A stretch of DNA of 64,000 bases from Candidatus Latescibacterota bacterium. GTDB taxonomy: Bacteria; Latescibacterota; UBA2968; GCA-2709665. Every line of letters begins with the position of its first letter. The first letter of the stretch is position 1. Made by a program: the position numbers and the translations under genes. Below, in pieces: positions 11,325-22,194 of this stretch. The notes beneath the pieces are model-generated. The model saw only the letters and a list, made by a program, of their open reading frames with translations. It did no database searches and was not told the DNA's origin. The stretch spans positions 1,376,001-1,440,000 of the forward strand of contig OZ220733.1 in NCBI GenBank assembly GCA_965116875.1. The letters run 5' to 3'.

Positions 11325-12023
11325 ATGACCGCCCTGCCCCGGAAATCCGTGCTCCTGCTCTCCGGAGGGATGGATTCCACCACACTGCTCTGGTGGATGC
11401 GAGACCGTGAACATTCAGAGATCCATACCGTTTCCATCGATTATGGCCAGCGCCACGCGGTTGAACTCGAATCCAGCTCAAGGCTATCCAGGTTGGCGGG
11501 CGCCGACTCCCACCGCTGCATCAAAATCGATCTCCGGCAGATCGGCGGTAATCCGCTCACGGAGATCGGGCGCCCCGTTCCGGCGGCGGAACAGGACCGG
11601 CAGGCACTGACCGTTGTGCCCTTCCGCAACATGCTGTTCGTCACCCTGGCAGCCGCCTGGGCGGAGACGAGGGGTTGCACCGATCTCTTTCTCTCGCCTG
11701 TGCGGGACGACTTTCAGATCTACCGAGACTGTCGCCGAGAGTTTTACGACATGCTGGAGAAAGCCCTGTTCCTTGGCGCCTCACGCCAGACCGACTACCG
11801 TATCCATACCCCGTTTGTGGAGAATTGGAAAGTCGAAATTGTGAGCATGGGCCTGGACCTTGGTGTGCCCTACGCCGAGACCCACACCTGCTATGAAGGC
11901 AAACGCCCCGCCTGCGGCCGTTGCGACGCATGCGTGGAACGTATCAACGCCTTCCGCGCCAATCGCGCCGTGGATCCGCTGGCCTACGAGATCGAAATTG
12001 ACTGGACAACATCGCCTCGCTAG
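11325..12023 (+). CDS. queC: 7-cyano-7-deazaguanine synthase
   Basis: LLSGGMDST, DYGQRH, VPFRN, YRDCR, THTCY...CGRCDAC. Confidence 0.92.
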   Translation: MTALPRKSVLLLSGGMDSTTLLWWMRDREHSEIHTVSIDYGQRHAVELESSSRLSRLAGADSHRCIKIDLRQIGGNPLTEIGRPVPAAEQDRQALTVVPFRNMLFVTLAAAWAETRGCTDLFLSPVRDDFQIYRDCRREFYDMLEKALFLGASRQTDYRIHTPFVENWKVEIVSMGLDLGVPYAETHTCYEGKRPACGRCDACVERINAFRANRAVDPLAYEIEIDWTTSPR

Positions 12024-13054
12024 GCATTTTTCAATGCGTTCACGGTGTCGATGAGACGCCGGTCCGCATTGTATCGAAGTTCGAGAATCTGACCGAGTTT
12101 CTCAGGACTCGCGCCCTTCGACGTTATCCGATAGACTTCAAGCCTGTCCGCCAGCGCGTTCATTACCATATCGAGCAGGATAAGATCCGATGCATCGTCC
12201 TCCACCATACACTCATCCGCCAGAACACGGCGGACCACCTTCAGGCGTTCCTGCAGCGCCTCCTCGTCTATCTCCTCGACCTTTCCCCGGGTGACCAGTC
12301 GGGTGGATAGCGTTGCAAGGAATCCTTCGCTGAGGTATTTGCGGGCTTTTTCTTCCGTCCAGGAGTCCGATAGAACGTCCGCAACGGAATACGGGACCTT
12401 GTCGGCCCTCCCCCGTTTATCGGCCGAACCCCCGCCGTCGTTCTGGCGGCGGGGCTGCCGGCGCCGCCTCGTTCGGCGATGTTCCTGTGAAGTGCCCCTG
12501 GCGGGAGTTTCCTGCGTCTTTTCAGCCGCGGCTTCCGATGGCGCTCCCGCCGCCGAATCGGGTGGTGAAGCCGTTGCGGCTTCCGTGGTCTCCGCAACGG
12601 GTTCCGCAGTGGATTCACTGGCGTTCGCCGGCTCAGGCGCTGCCGTCGTTGACGGATCCGCGGTTTTTTCAGCCTCTTTCCCGGTTTGATTCTCCTTCTT
12701 GTCTCCTGCTTTAGCGCGTGTTGTGCGCTTCGCGGGCTTTGTAGATGCCCGCGACCGTTTCGCGGGCCGTCGCGAAATCACGCGCTTTTCCGGGACCTCC
12801 GCTGTTTTTTCGGTTGGCTCACCCGCGTCTTCCGTGGCGGCGGCTTCGGGTTTCTCCTTCTTGTCATCCACCGATGCAGCCCGGCTTCGCGTTGTCCCTG
12901 CCGGTTTCCGGGTGGCCGTCCGGGTTCGCCTGGCGGGCCGCCGAGACACCACGCGCCTTTCCGAATCCCGGGCTTCTTCCTTCTTCTCCCCGCCCGAGGC
13001 ATCGGAAACGGGCTGATCGTTCTCCTCGGATGGGGAATCCAGAATAACGTCCAT
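12020..13054 (-). CDS. Hypothetical protein: long disordered Lys/Arg/Glu/Ala-rich N-terminus plus helical C-terminal domain
   Basis: ORF with GGAGG RBS before ATG 13054; duplicated (R/K)RV(V/I)SRRPA motif. Confidence 0.7.
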   Translation of the reverse strand: MDVILDSPSEENDQPVSDASGGEKKEEARDSERRVVSRRPARRTRTATRKPAGTTRSRAASVDDKKEKPEAAATEDAGEPTEKTAEVPEKRVISRRPAKRSRASTKPAKRTTRAKAGDKKENQTGKEAEKTADPSTTAAPEPANASESTAEPVAETTEAATASPPDSAAGAPSEAAAEKTQETPARGTSQEHRRTRRRRQPRRQNDGGGSADKRGRADKVPYSVADVLSDSWTEEKARKYLSEGFLATLSTRLVTRGKVEEIDEEALQERLKVVRRVLADECMVEDDASDLILLDMVMNALADRLEVYRITSKGASPEKLGQILELRYNADRRLIDTVNALKNA

Positions 13055-13184
13055 ATACCTCCCTTCGAGCCGCAGACGAAACACGACCGGCCGTTTCGTC
13101 TCCAACCCGCGTCAACATTGATCTGACCGAAAACATCAAAACGACGCACCAATATAAGCAAATATGATGGTGGTTTGCCAGACG

Positions 13185-13214
13185 AAAAAAGGCCGGCCAG
13201 TAAAGGCCGACCTC
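13185..13214 (-). terminator. Rho-independent terminator of groESL
   Basis: Minus strand aggtcggcc-tttact-ggccggcc-tttttt. Confidence 0.7.
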
Positions 13215-13240
13215 TGTACGCCTGCCCGATGTTTCGGACG

Positions 13241-14872
13241 CTAATAATGGTCGTGACCGTGGCCGTGACCCTGCGGCTCTTTTTCCTCTTCCGGTACTTC
13301 GGTTACCAGCGTCTCCGTTGTCAGCAGAAGCCCGGCAATGCTGGCCGCGTTCTCAACCGCGGAACGCACGACCTTCGTGGGATCCGCCACACCCGCTTCG
13401 ATCAGATCTTCGTAGGTTTCGGTAAGCGCGTTGAAGCCGAATGCGCCGTCTCCCTCTTTCACCCGCTGAACAACCAGGCTGCCTTCGTGACCCGCGTTAT
13501 CGGCAATTTTCCTCAGGGGCGCCTCAAGGGCCTTGTTCAGAAGGTCCACGCCGGTCTTCTGATCTCCGCGAACCCTGCCGCGAACCGTGTCCAGCGACGA
13601 CCTACACCGCACGAGGGCCACGCCTCCGCCGGGAACGATGCCTTCCTCCACGGCCGCGCGGGTCGCGTGCAGGGCATCTTCCACCCTCGCCTTCTTCTCC
13701 TTCATTTCTGTTTCGGTTGCGGCGCCGACGTTCACCACGGCCACGCCGCCGGCCAGCTTTGCAAGCCGTTCCTGGAGTTTCTCCCCGTCGTAATCCGAGG
13801 TCGTTTCCTCGATCTGCATGCGAATCTGGCTGACGCGTCCCTGTATGTCGTGGGTTGCGCCGGCGCCTTCGACGATTGTCGTATTGTCCTTATCGATGAC
13901 GATCCGCTTGGCCTGTCCAAGGTCGCCGAGCTGAATGTTCTCCAGTTTTATGCCCAGATCTTCCGAAATCACCCTGCCCCCGGTGAGAATGGCGATATCC
14001 TCAAGCATCTCTTTCCGACGGTCTCCGTAACCGGGAGCCTTCACCGCCGCCGCTTTTATGGTCCCCCGGACTTTGTTTACCACAAATGTCGCCAGCGCCT
14101 CACCCTCAACGTCTTCAGCGATCACCAGCAGCGCCTTTCCCGTCTGCGCCGTCTTCTCAAGCAACGGGAGTAGATCCTTCATGTTAGCCAGTTTCTTCTC
14201 GTGGATGAGGAGATAGGCATCTTCCAGAACCGCTTCCATGTCGTCCTGGTCGGTCACGAAGTATGGTGAAATATATCCCCGGTCGAACTGCATGCCTTCC
14301 ACAACGTCGAGCGTCGTCTCAATCGACTTGGCCTCCTCGACGGTAATGGTGCCGTCCTTCCCCACCTTCTCCATGGAGTCTGCGATTATGTCGCCAATCC
14401 CGCTGTCGTTGTTGGCCGAGATTGCCGCTACCTGTGCGATCTCCTTGCGACCTGTGACCTCCTGCGACTGTTTCTTCAGAGCCGCGGTCACGGCGGACAC
14501 ACCCTGATCGATGCCCCGCTTGATATCCATGGGATTGGCGCCGGCGGTTACATTCTTCAGGCCTTCGCGGTAAATGGCCTCCGCCAGTACCGTTGCGGTG
14601 GTTGTGCCGTCGCCGGCCACGTCGGAGGTCTTGGAGGCGACCTCCTTCACCATCTGGGCGCCCATATTCTCATATGGATCGGGCAGTTCGATCTCCTTGG
14701 CCACCGTTACCCCGTCCTTGGTTACGGTAGGCGAACCCCATTTCTTGCCCAGAACGACATTTCGCCCGCGCGGCCCAAGTGTCGCCTTGACCGCCTTGCT
14801 CAGAATGTCCACGCCGTCCAGAACCTTTGACCGGGCGTCTATCCCGTAGCTCAATTGCTTGGCTGGCATCAT
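13241..14872 (-). CDS. groEL: Chaperonin GroEL with His-rich C-terminal tail
   Basis: [41 protein letters not shown]; ends GHGHGHDHY. Confidence 0.98.
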   Translation of the reverse strand: MMPAKQLSYGIDARSKVLDGVDILSKAVKATLGPRGRNVVLGKKWGSPTVTKDGVTVAKEIELPDPYENMGAQMVKEVASKTSDVAGDGTTTATVLAEAIYREGLKNVTAGANPMDIKRGIDQGVSAVTAALKKQSQEVTGRKEIAQVAAISANNDSGIGDIIADSMEKVGKDGTITVEEAKSIETTLDVVEGMQFDRGYISPYFVTDQDDMEAVLEDAYLLIHEKKLANMKDLLPLLEKTAQTGKALLVIAEDVEGEALATFVVNKVRGTIKAAAVKAPGYGDRRKEMLEDIAILTGGRVISEDLGIKLENIQLGDLGQAKRIVIDKDNTTIVEGAGATHDIQGRVSQIRMQIEETTSDYDGEKLQERLAKLAGGVAVVNVGAATETEMKEKKARVEDALHATRAAVEEGIVPGGGVALVRCRSSLDTVRGRVRGDQKTGVDLLNKALEAPLRKIADNAGHEGSLVVQRVKEGDGAFGFNALTETYEDLIEAGVADPTKVVRSAVENAASIAGLLLTTETLVTEVPEEEKEPQGHGHGHDHY

Positions 14873-14999
14873 TGTCCTCCTGTAAACCCCAGTGAATGAA
14901 AACCCGTTGGATCCAGATCTCCGGGCGATGCTTCTGATTCGCTATCGCCCATCCCTGCAATGGGACTGAATCGCGACTTCCATCTGTACCGTATGTACT

Positions 15000-15290
15000 T
15001 TATTCAAGAATACCCAGAATGTCGTCTTCAGAAGCAATCACCATTTCGTCTCCATCGACCTCGACCTCGGTGCCCGCGTACTGGCCGATCAGAACGCGGT
15101 CGCCCGCATTTACAGACACCGGTACGGGATCGCCCGTTTTGTCGTTGACCTTCCCGGGGCCCACTGCGACGACTTCGGCTTCGAGCGGTTTTTCTTTGGC
15201 CGTATCGGGGATGATGATGCCGCCATGGACCTGTTCGTTGGCTTCAATCCGCCGGAGAAGCACCCGGTCGGCCAGAGGCTTCACCGTCAT
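15000..15290 (-). CDS. groES: Co-chaperonin GroES
   Basis: VKPLADRVL, GGIIIPDTAKEKP, VAVGPG, EDDILG. Confidence 0.97.
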   Translation of the reverse strand: MTVKPLADRVLLRRIEANEQVHGGIIIPDTAKEKPLEAEVVAVGPGKVNDKTGDPVPVSVNAGDRVLIGQYAGTEVEVDGDEMVIASEDDILGILE

Positions 15291-15356
15291 AAGCCCCTCC
15301 TTCGAAAGAATGGATTGTACGTTAACCCATTAAATAATAAATATTTTTCCCGACAA

Positions 15357-15383
15357 TTAGCACTCGTTGCAATCGAGTGCTAA
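15357..15383. promoter_or_regulatory. CIRCE element (HrcA operator)
   Basis: Perfect TTAGCACTC-N9-GAGTGCTAA upstream of groES. Confidence 0.97.
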
Positions 15384-15440
15384 CCGGACAAATATAAACG
15401 CTTTGGCCTCCTGGCGCAAGGACAAATTCCGGCATTCGAC

Positions 15441-15471
15441 AAAAAAGCGCATTACGAATCGTAATGCGCTT
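15441..15471 (-). terminator. Rho-independent terminator of the rib-secA-rhodanese cluster
   Basis: Minus strand aagcgcattacg-att-cgtaatgcgc-tttttt. Confidence 0.8.
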
Positions 15472-15506
15472 CCGGCTATATCAGCCGCGTTGGCGAATGC
15501 CTTTCT

Positions 15507-15983
15507 CTATTGCTTCATACGCTTCAACTGTTGTTTCTTCCGCGTGATCCGATTCTCCAGGTGCTCTATCTCCGCTTCCAACAGTTCAGGACGATCCAGG
15601 TCGTCGGCTTCCTCAGGCGGCGGCGGTTGTTCCGAAGGCAGGCTCGCGTCCGCCCAGTCTTCGTACCCGCCGGCCATCGAAATCACCCGCTCATAACCCA
15701 ATTCCTTCAACGAGTCCGCAGCCAGCAGCGAACGTACACCGCCCGCGCAATAGACCACCACTTCCCGGGACTTGTCCGGAACGCGGGATTCAGCCTCGGC
15801 TTCGAGGCGGCCGCGTGGAACGTGAACCGCTCCCCGCAGATGTCCCGACTCCCATTCTTCCTGTTCGCGCACATCCAGAAGGACCGGGCTCGCGCCGCTT
15901 TCCAAATGGTCGTGTACTTCCTGCACGCTCATCTCCGGAATCTCGCTGCGGGCCTCATTCAGCAGGTCATCTCGGGATTTCAT
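15507..15983 (-). CDS. Rhodanese-domain protein with short C-terminal coiled coil
   Basis: LLDVREQEEWESGHLRGA, VVYCAGGVRS, MAGGY..W. Confidence 0.88.
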   Translation of the reverse strand: MKSRDDLLNEARSEIPEMSVQEVHDHLESGASPVLLDVREQEEWESGHLRGAVHVPRGRLEAEAESRVPDKSREVVVYCAGGVRSLLAADSLKELGYERVISMAGGYEDWADASLPSEQPPPPEEADDLDRPELLEAEIEHLENRITRKKQQLKRMKQ

Positions 15984-16049
15984 CAGCGTATCGCTCCTTT
16001 TCGTCGCGTCGCCAGGGTTTCGCAATGGACGGATCGACCCGACCGCTTT

Positions 16050-19000
16050 TCACGCCGGCACCCGGCCCGCAAGGCCATGACATTTCTTGTACTTTTTACC
16101 GCTTCCGCACGGACACGGGTCGTTTCTGCCCACCTTCTGCACCCGAATCGGGCGCTGCCGGGGCGGCCCCCCTTCCGAAGTGGCGGCGACCGGTTCCGAC
16201 GTCGGCGACGCCCCGGCGCCGGTGGCGAACCCCATGCCGGTTGCATCCTGATGCGTGAGCGAGACCCGCTGAGGCTGCCGACCTCGTTGGCTGGACAGGT
16301 CCTCTTCCACCGGAATGCGAAAAAGGGTTTTCAATGTTTCACGGTTGATTTCGTCGAGCAGGTCGACGAACATCTGAAATCCTTCACGCTTGTACTCGAT
16401 CAGCGGATCCTTTTGCCCATATCCCCGCAGGCCGATGCCCTCCTTGAGATCATCCATCTCCCGGAGATGGTCCTTCCACTTCTCGTCGGTTACCCCCAGA
16501 TAGACCATTCGCTCGATCTCCCGCATCCTTCCCGCGCCAATCAGGCTTTCCCGGCGCCTGTAGGCCGATCTGATTCCATCGAACAACTCATCCCGGAATC
16601 CATCCTCCTTCAGTTCGGGCAGCGACTCGGGGGGCACTTCAGGAACCTGGAGGAAGATCTGTCGCAGGTCGCGGTAGAGTCCGTCCAGGTTCCAGTCCTC
16701 CTGGGTGCCTTCTTCGGGAAGGTGGCTCTGGAACGTAGCGTTCACCACTTCCTCCATCTCTTCTTCAATCTGTTCGTAGATATTGTGCTGTTCCAGGGCG
16801 TGGCGTCGCCGGTCGTATACGACTTCCCGCTGCTGGTTCATCACGTCGTCGTATTCAAGCAGGTGTTTCCGCACCTCGAAATTCCGGGCTTCCACGCGTT
16901 TCTGCGCCCGCTCGATCGATCGGGTTACCATCCGGTGTTCAATCACCTCGCCCTCTTCGGCGCCCAGACGATCCATAATCCGGGCAATCCTCTCGGAGCC
17001 GAAGAGCCGCATGAGATCGTCTTCCAGTGAGATGAAAAACCGGGAATTTCCCGGGTCGCCCTGCCGGCCGGCCCGTCCGCGAAGCTGCCGGTCAATCCGC
17101 CTTGCCTCGTGCCGCTCGGTACCAATGATATGCAATCCGCATGGCACCTCTTCCATGCAATGGTATTCCTCCAGGTGCGGGCACTGCGGGCGCCCGCCGT
17201 TGGCGCCGGGTATCAGCGCGCATTGATGGTCCGGCGGCGCCTTGACCACACCGTCCCCCAGCTTGATATCCGTACCTCGACCCGCCATATTGGTGGCAAT
17301 GGTCACGGCGCCCGGTTGTCCGGCCCTGGCAACGATCTGGGCTTCCTGCTGGTTGTGACGCGCGTTGAGCACGGAGTGTTTAATTCCCTTCCGCTTCAGC
17401 ATACGGGACAGCAATTCCGACATTTCCACGCTGATGGTACCGACGAGTACCGGCAGGCTGCTGTCGTTCAACCGTTCGATCTCGTCCACGATGGCGTTAT
17501 ATTTCTCCCGCTTGGTCCTGAAGATCAGGTCCTCCGAATCGATCCGCCGCACCGGTTCGTTCGTAGGCATTACGACGACGTCCAGCTTGTAGATCTGGAA
17601 CAGTTCCGCCGCCTCGGTTTCGGCGGTTCCCGTCATCCCTGCCAGCTTGTGATACAATCGGAAGTAATTCTGCAGCGTAATCGTGGCGATCGTCTGGGTG
17701 TCCCGTTCCACCTTGACGCGTTCTTTCGCTTCCAGAGCCTGGTGCAGCCCGTCCGCAAATCGCCGACCCGGCTGCGGACGCCCCGTGAACTCGTCGACGA
17801 TAATCACCTGGCCGCCGTCCACGATATACCTTACGTCCTTCTCATAGAGCGTGTAGGCAACCAGAAGCTGTTGTACGCTGTGAATCGCCTCGCTCTTGCG
17901 GGCGTAGTCCTGGTACGCGTCATCCTGGGCTCTGGCCTTTTCGTCCGGCGCCAGCGCATCGTCCGCGTCGATTTCGTGCAGGACTTCATCCAGGTCCTGC
18001 AGCACGAAATCGTCCGGCATCCGGCTGATCTCAACCCGCCCTTTGTCGGTCAGATCGATAACATGGCTCTTCTCATCCACGCTGAAGTAGAGGTCTTCGT
18101 CAATCTCGCCCATTCGTTTGTCGCGCAGGTAGTCGGCCTCAACCCGGCCGATCAGACGCTTGGTCCCCTCTTCCTGCAGCAATTTCATGAACCGCCGGTT
18201 CTTGGGCATCCCCCGCTGAACCTGAAGCAGCCGGATGCCCGCCTCGTATTCGTCCTCGTCGAGGAGTTCCTCCGCTTCATTCAAAGTCCCGGTTACCACC
18301 CGGGTCTGCGCCCTGACCAACCGCTCCACCAGCGGCCGCATCTCATCGTACCGCTGATTATCGGCCTCCGCCACCGCGCCGGATATGATCAGGGGCGTCC
18401 TCGCCTCGTCGATCAGTATGCTGTCGGCCTCGTCGATGATCGCAAAATAGTGTTCGCGCTGCATGAGGTCGTCCGGACGGACCGCCATATTGTCGTAGAG
18501 ATAATCGAACCCGAACTGGTCCTTCGTGCCATAGACGACGTCGGCCCTGTATGCCTCATGATGATCGCACTCCCGCAAACGGTACCCGCCCTCCCCATCC
18601 TCCTCCATGCGATACGCCTCCGCCTCCATGGACCGGTCCTGGATGATGCCGACGCTCATCCCGAGAAAGAGATAGACGGGCCCCAGCCACATGGCGTCCC
18701 GCTTTGCGAGATAGGAATTCACGGTGACGAGGTGTACGCCCCGTCCCGTCAGTCCGTTCAGATAAAGGGGCATTCCCGCCACCAGGGTCTTGCCCTCTCC
18801 GGTGGCCATCTCTGCGATTTTTCCCTGGTGAAGCACGATGCCGCCGAGCAGCTGCACGTCGTAGGGCACCATATCCCATACAATGGACTCACCGGCCCGC
18901 TCCCACTGCTTCCCTTCCGCTTTGAACCGGCGGCAGGTCTCCTTGTAGACCGCGTATGCCTCGGGCAGTATCTCCTCCAGTGCCTCCGCCTCGATCTCCC

Positions 19001-19286
19001 TGACCTCACCCTCCAGTTCCGAGATTTCATCCAGCAGCGAAGAGCGGTCCATTTCCTCCTCGCTCTTCAACTCCTCCCGCATCCCGTCGAGCTGTTCCGT
19101 GTACTCCGCCGTCGCGTCCCTCAACCTCTGCCTGAATTCGGCCGTCTTGCCGCGAAGGTCCGCTTCGGAAAGCGGAGCAAGAGACGCGCATAGCCCGTTT
19201 ATTCCCTCGACCGTCGGCCAGAGTTTCTTCAGGTCCCGATCGTATTTGGTCCCGAATACTTTCTTGATCACACCCATCATAAGCAT
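16050..19286 (-). CDS. secA: Preprotein translocase SecA
   Basis: [80 protein letters not shown]; start placed at MLMMG. Confidence 0.97.
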   Translation of the reverse strand: MLMMGVIKKVFGTKYDRDLKKLWPTVEGINGLCASLAPLSEADLRGKTAEFRQRLRDATAEYTEQLDGMREELKSEEEMDRSSLLDEISELEGEVREIEAEALEEILPEAYAVYKETCRRFKAEGKQWERAGESIVWDMVPYDVQLLGGIVLHQGKIAEMATGEGKTLVAGMPLYLNGLTGRGVHLVTVNSYLAKRDAMWLGPVYLFLGMSVGIIQDRSMEAEAYRMEEDGEGGYRLRECDHHEAYRADVVYGTKDQFGFDYLYDNMAVRPDDLMQREHYFAIIDEADSILIDEARTPLIISGAVAEADNQRYDEMRPLVERLVRAQTRVVTGTLNEAEELLDEDEYEAGIRLLQVQRGMPKNRRFMKLLQEEGTKRLIGRVEADYLRDKRMGEIDEDLYFSVDEKSHVIDLTDKGRVEISRMPDDFVLQDLDEVLHEIDADDALAPDEKARAQDDAYQDYARKSEAIHSVQQLLVAYTLYEKDVRYIVDGGQVIIVDEFTGRPQPGRRFADGLHQALEAKERVKVERDTQTIATITLQNYFRLYHKLAGMTGTAETEAAELFQIYKLDVVVMPTNEPVRRIDSEDLIFRTKREKYNAIVDEIERLNDSSLPVLVGTISVEMSELLSRMLKRKGIKHSVLNARHNQQEAQIVARAGQPGAVTIATNMAGRGTDIKLGDGVVKAPPDHQCALIPGANGGRPQCPHLEEYHCMEEVPCGLHIIGTERHEARRIDRQLRGRAGRQGDPGNSRFFISLEDDLMRLFGSERIARIMDRLGAEEGEVIEHRMVTRSIERAQKRVEARNFEVRKHLLEYDDVMNQQREVVYDRRRHALEQHNIYEQIEEEMEEVVNATFQSHLPEEGTQEDWNLDGLYRDLRQIFLQVPEVPPESLPELKEDGFRDELFDGIRSAYRRRESLIGAGRMREIERMVYLGVTDEKWKDHLREMDDLKEGIGLRGYGQKDPLIEYKREGFQMFVDLLDEINRETLKTLFRIPVEEDLSSQRGRQPQRVSLTHQDATGMGFATGAGASPTSEPVAATSEGGPPRQRPIRVQKVGRNDPCPCGSGKKYKKCHGLAGRVPA

Positions 19287-19311
19287 ATATCCACCGGTAA
19301 TCGCCGAAACG

Positions 19312-19743
19312 TTAACAGTCCGCGGCTTCCGCCAGCATTCCCTTCTGTCTGGCCAGCGCATCCAGGATTCCGTTGATGAATGTCGGCGCCTTCTCCACGC
19401 TGTACCGCCTGGCGAGTTCAATCGCTTCGTTCATCGATACCTTGACCGGAATATTGTCGAATGCGAGCATTTCCGTAAGCGCCATCCACAACAGGATCCG
19501 GTCGATCCTGGAGATGCGTTCCAGCGCCCAATTCCTCGAAATCCCTTTTACCAGACCATCCAGTTCTTCTTTTCGCGCCCAGGTCTCCCGACCGAGCGCG
19601 TGGGCGAATTCCGCGGCGTCATCCGTCAACCCCGAGCGAATCGCCACGGCATGGAGCGTCTGCTGTACGGGGTCTCCCGAACTTTCGCTCCAATACAGCG
19701 CCTGCAGCGCAACTTCGCGGGCTTTTCGTCGCGAACCCGTCAT
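19312..19743 (-). CDS. nusB: Transcription antitermination factor NusB
   Basis: [42 protein letters not shown]. Confidence 0.93.
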   Translation of the reverse strand: MTGSRRKAREVALQALYWSESSGDPVQQTLHAVAIRSGLTDDAAEFAHALGRETWARKEELDGLVKGISRNWALERISRIDRILLWMALTEMLAFDNIPVKVSMNEAIELARRYSVEKAPTFINGILDALARQKGMLAEAADC

Positions 19744-20219
19744 GCCTCTTCCGCGTCCAGGGATGCCACAAGATTCACCATCTCGACAGCGGCAAGGGCG
19801 ACCTCCCATCCTTTGTTTCCGGCCTTGGCTCCCGCCCTTTCGATCGCCTGTTCGATTGTATCGGTTGTCAATACGCCGAACAGGCACGGCACACCCGAGT
19901 CAAGTCCGACCGATGCAATCCCCTTGGAGACTTCGTTGGCCACATAGTCAAAATGGGGCGTACTTCCGCGAATCACCGCGCCCAGGCAGATCACCGCGTC
20001 GTAACGGCCGCTGCGCGCCATTTTCCCGGCCACCAGCGGAATCTCGAACGAACCCGGTACCCAGGCCACGTCGACGTCCTCCGGTTCGCCTCCATGTCGT
20101 TTCAGGCAATCCTCGGCGCCATCAAGCAACTGCTTGCTGACTGAACTGTTGAATCGACTTACCACAATACCGAAGCGTTTGCCTTCCGCGCGCAATCCGC
20201 CTTCAATCACTCTGGCCAT
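19740..20219 (-). CDS. ribH: 6,7-dimethyl-8-ribityllumazine synthase
   Basis: [44 protein letters not shown]. Confidence 0.96.
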   Translation of the reverse strand: MARVIEGGLRAEGKRFGIVVSRFNSSVSKQLLDGAEDCLKRHGGEPEDVDVAWVPGSFEIPLVAGKMARSGRYDAVICLGAVIRGSTPHFDYVANEVSKGIASVGLDSGVPCLFGVLTTDTIEQAIERAGAKAGNKGWEVALAAVEMVNLVASLDAEEA

Positions 20220-21477
20220 ACGTTTCCTCCGGGGAGCCATCCACCAGCTTCAGATCTTCCTCGTCGAAAATATGTCCCAACTTCTCCTGTTTGGTACGCA
20301 GATACCGGATGTTCCACGGCGTCGGTACAATCTTGACTGGAACCCGCTCCACAATTTCGATTCCGTACGCCTCAAGCCCCACGCGCTTTGCGGGGTTGTT
20401 GGTGATCAGACGGGCCTTTCTGACGCCGAGGTCCAACAGGATCTGCGCGCCGATACCGTAATCGCGCTCGTCCATCTTGAATCCGAGCTTCAGATTCGCT
20501 TCCACCGTATCGTAGCCTTCTTCCTGAAGCTGGTAGGCGTTGATCTTTGCGCGCAAGCCGATGCCGCGGCCCTCCTGCCGCATGTAGACAACCGCGCCGC
20601 GCCCCTCCCGCTCGATCATCTCGATCGCCGAATGCAGATTCGTGCTGCAGTCGCACCTCAGCGACCCGAATGCATCGCCGGTGAGACATTCGGAGTGCAT
20701 CCGCACCAACACCGGATCGCCGGCCGTGAGGTCTCCCTTGGTCAGCGCCACGTGATCCCGCCTGTCGACTTCGCTCTCGTAGAGATGAAGCTTGAACTCC
20801 CCGAACCGGGTGGGGAGGCGCACCGTCTCCAGACACTCGACCAGCTTTTCCGAACGGCGCCGGTACGCAATCAGATCGCGGATCGTTATGATCCTCAGAC
20901 TGAACTGCCGCGCCATTTCCATGAGTTGCGGCAGCCGCGCCATCGTCCCGTCGGGATTCAATATCTCGCAAAGGACACCTGCCGGATAGAGGCCCGCGAG
21001 CCGCGCGAGATCCACTGTCGCCTCCGTGTGCCCGGCCCGACGCAACACACCTCCCGGACGGGCGGATAGAGGAAAGACGTGGCCGGGCCTGGCAAAATCG
21101 GGGGGACGGGCGTCCGGATCCGCAAATCGCTGAATTGTAACCGCACGGTCCTGCGCCGAGATTCCTGTTGTTGTGCCCTCAACCGCGTCGATGCTGACCG
21201 TGAACGGCGTTCCATGCAACGCGGTGTTCCTGCCCACCATCATGTCCAGCTCCAACTCCTGCAACCGCTCCGGCGTTGCCGGCAGGCAGACCAGCCCGCG
21301 CCCGTGAAGGGCCATGAAATTGATGATCTCAGGCGTGACTTTCTCGGCCGCCGTGATCAGATCCCCCTCGTTCTCCCTGTCCTCATCGTCCACGACAATC
21401 ACAAGCCTGCCGGCCCGGATGTCGTCCAGCGCTTCCTCGATGGACGCAATACGGAATCCGTCGTCGGCTTCAGACAT
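20203..21477 (-). CDS. ribBA: DHBP synthase / GTP cyclohydrolase II
   Basis: [51 protein letters not shown]. Confidence 0.96.
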   Translation of the reverse strand: MSEADDGFRIASIEEALDDIRAGRLVIVVDDEDRENEGDLITAAEKVTPEIINFMALHGRGLVCLPATPERLQELELDMMVGRNTALHGTPFTVSIDAVEGTTTGISAQDRAVTIQRFADPDARPPDFARPGHVFPLSARPGGVLRRAGHTEATVDLARLAGLYPAGVLCEILNPDGTMARLPQLMEMARQFSLRIITIRDLIAYRRRSEKLVECLETVRLPTRFGEFKLHLYESEVDRRDHVALTKGDLTAGDPVLVRMHSECLTGDAFGSLRCDCSTNLHSAIEMIEREGRGAVVYMRQEGRGIGLRAKINAYQLQEEGYDTVEANLKLGFKMDERDYGIGAQILLDLGVRKARLITNNPAKRVGLEAYGIEIVERVPVKIVPTPWNIRYLRTKQEKLGHIFDEEDLKLVDGSPEETYGQSD

Positions 21478-21537
21478 GAAATACCGCTCCCGGGTAAATT
21501 AGGGTTTGAGATGTACAGATCCCGGCTGCCGCGATCC

Positions 21538-22194
21538 TCACGAATCCCCTTCTCTTTCACTTCCAATCCCGACGTTCCGCGACGTTGCCGGATCTCCGTT
21601 TTCCGCGCGGCGGCCCGTCAGCCTTTCCAGGTACCGCGCCACCAGATCGACCTCCAGATTGACCACGTCGCCGACCCGCCGTTCTCCAATCGTCGTGGCT
21701 TCCATCGTATGCGGAATGACCGTTACCGTAAAGTGTCTTGCGCCCGCAGCCACAATCGTAAGGCTGATCCCGTCCACCGCGATCGATCCCTTGTTGGCCA
21801 GATACGCGGCGAGATCTTCCGGCATCCCTATCCGGAACGTCATGTTGTCAGCCCATCGCCTGCGTTCCATCACCGTGCCCATCCCATCCACGTGACCGGC
21901 CACCAGATGGCCGCCCAGCCGGTCGGACAGCTTCAGCGAACGTTCCAGATTCACCCTGTCTCCAGTTTTCAGCCTCCCAAGGGTGGTTCGTTCAAGGGTC
22001 TCCGAGACGGACTCGAAGGAGAACGCATGACGCTTCGCTTCGACAACGGTATGGCAAGCGCCGTCGATCGATATGCTGTCGCCAATTGAGACATCCTCCA
22101 GCACGCGCTTTGCTTCAACCGTCGTTCGCTGATACCCTGTCCGCCTCTGAATCGCGCGCACCAGCCCCACTTCCTCGACAATCCCCGTAAACAT
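21538..22194 (-). CDS. ribE: Riboflavin synthase (alpha chain)
   Basis: N-terminal MFTGIVEE, GGHLVAGHVDG, KGSIAVDGISLT, VNLEVD. Confidence 0.95.
   Translation of the reverse strand: MFTGIVEEVGLVRAIQRRTGYQRTTVEAKRVLEDVSIGDSISIDGACHTVVEAKRHAFSFESVSETLERTTLGRLKTGDRVNLERSLKLSDRLGGHLVAGHVDGMGTVMERRRWADNMTFRIGMPEDLAAYLANKGSIAVDGISLTIVAAGARHFTVTVIPHTMEATTIGERRVGDVVNLEVDLVARYLERLTGRRAENGDPATSRNVGIGSEREGDS

Noticed and set aside
15510-19193. Long + strand ORFs (506 and 694 aa) opposite secA
   Set aside because: Antisense shadows of a GC-rich gene; no motifs, and the composition is typical of reverse frames.
22115-22194. 80-nt ribD/ribE overlap as a frameshift or recoding signal
   Set aside because: Both proteins are complete; a simple stop-codon loss or extension explains it.
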